A stretch of DNA of 64,000 bases from Chiloscyllium plagiosum (Eukaryota), in the NCBI RefSeq assembly GCF_004010195.1, contig NC_057746.1:11930236-11994235 (forward strand), given 5' to 3'. Shown here in pieces: positions 62,931-64,000 of the stretch. Position numbers and translations under genes: made by a program. A model generated the notes under the pieces. It did no database searches. It had not been told where the DNA came from and saw nothing but the letters and a program-made list of their open reading frames with translations. Positions within the stretch are counted from its first letter, which is position 1. Each line of letters begins with the position of its first letter.

Positions 62931-64000
62931 ATACCAGAATAAAAAGGGAACAACACTATGCATCGAAACTTTGTTATACAAGTAGATTATCATCTACAGG
63001 CACAGGCATACACACACATATGCAAATCATCTACGAGCAACCCTTGCAGAGCTTAATGGATGAGTGCTGAGAGAGCTTTAATATGCAATATGTGTGCATT
63101 CCATGCAATACATGCCGACAGTGAGTTTGATATTGTAGTTTAAATGAAGTTTTGATCTTTCTTTAACCTTTTTCTGTGACAGCCATAGTTGTGTTTGACA
63201 AATATTCAACAGAACTGGAGGACTCTATGACTATAAATGTAGTCACTGCATTAGAGGCAGAATGCAATGCCATCAAACAGGGAGAAAGATGATCCCTGTC
63301 TTTTTATCATTATGAGGAGGGATTGAAGCTGCTGGGCTTCAAACATGAAATGGAGGTTAATTTAAATGAGCCCTATATAATTTTAAAAAGACTAACTTAG
63401 AACAAATGTCAATGATAGGAAACCAGAAGCAGTCTGTTCAGCCAATGGAGTTTGGTCTTCCAAACAATGTCATCATAGCTGAACGGATAATCCTCACCTC
63501 CACTTTCCAGCGTTTTAACAGTAAGCATTGATTCAATTACCAAATCAAAATCTGCCCATTTCAGCCTTCAAAATACTGAATGGCCCAAGCTCGACAGTTC
63601 TTCTCTGGAAACGAATTCCACAGATTCTCTACATTCTGGGAGACAACATTCTGTTTTGCCTGAAATTTGTGACCTCAAATTCAAAGATTCTACTCCCTGG
63701 ACCGAAACCTTCCCACAAGGGAAACCAACATTTCTGCATTTACTCCATCAAGTTTCCTGAAAATAATAGATGCTTCAGAATGTCAGCACTGAAGCGTCTA
63801 TGTTCCAATGAGTATAGGCCCAAACTGCTCAATCTCTACTCTCAAGACAGTCCGTCCATCCTCAGGATCAGTCGACGAAACCTCGTGTGGATTGTCTCAC
63901 ATTCCAGTGTACCTTTTCTTTCAGATAAGTCCCAAGTACAATCCAGTATTCTAGCTGTGGTAAGAATAGAGCTTTTTTCAGTTTAAACAAACATTATAGT

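Overview
Eukaryotic, repeat-rich genomic DNA from a cartilaginous fish. The IgM sequences and HE1-type SINEs point to a shark, probably a carpet shark (nurse/bamboo-shark group); this is an inference. The core is one shark-type IgM heavy-chain cluster on the minus strand (about 29.4-49.1 kb): TATA, leader, VH, D1, a fused D2-JH segment, CH1, CH2, CH3, a 500-N gap where CH4 and the secretory tail should lie, TM1 and TM2. The cluster is a pseudogene: frameshifts in the leader, V and TM1, loss of the V YYC motif, dead J and CH1 splice donors, and loss of the first CH2 cysteine. Its RSSs remain recognisable. It carries one clear rearrangement footprint (D2 joined directly to J, a V-D-DJ configuration) and one possible footprint (a deletion/duplication scar exactly at the V coding end). 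The region at about 10.5-20 kb holds an unidentified, decayed, intronless minus-strand ORF built from about 200-240 aa repeated domains, with synonymous-biased divergence between copies. The rest is mostly CR1 LINEs, HE1-like tRNA SINEs, Penelope-like elements with minimal hammerhead ribozyme motifs, an L2/CR1-like LINE, a 570-bp-arm inverted repeat, tandem repeats and three assembly gaps. No intact host protein-coding gene is visible. Transposon boundaries are approximate (read by eye).
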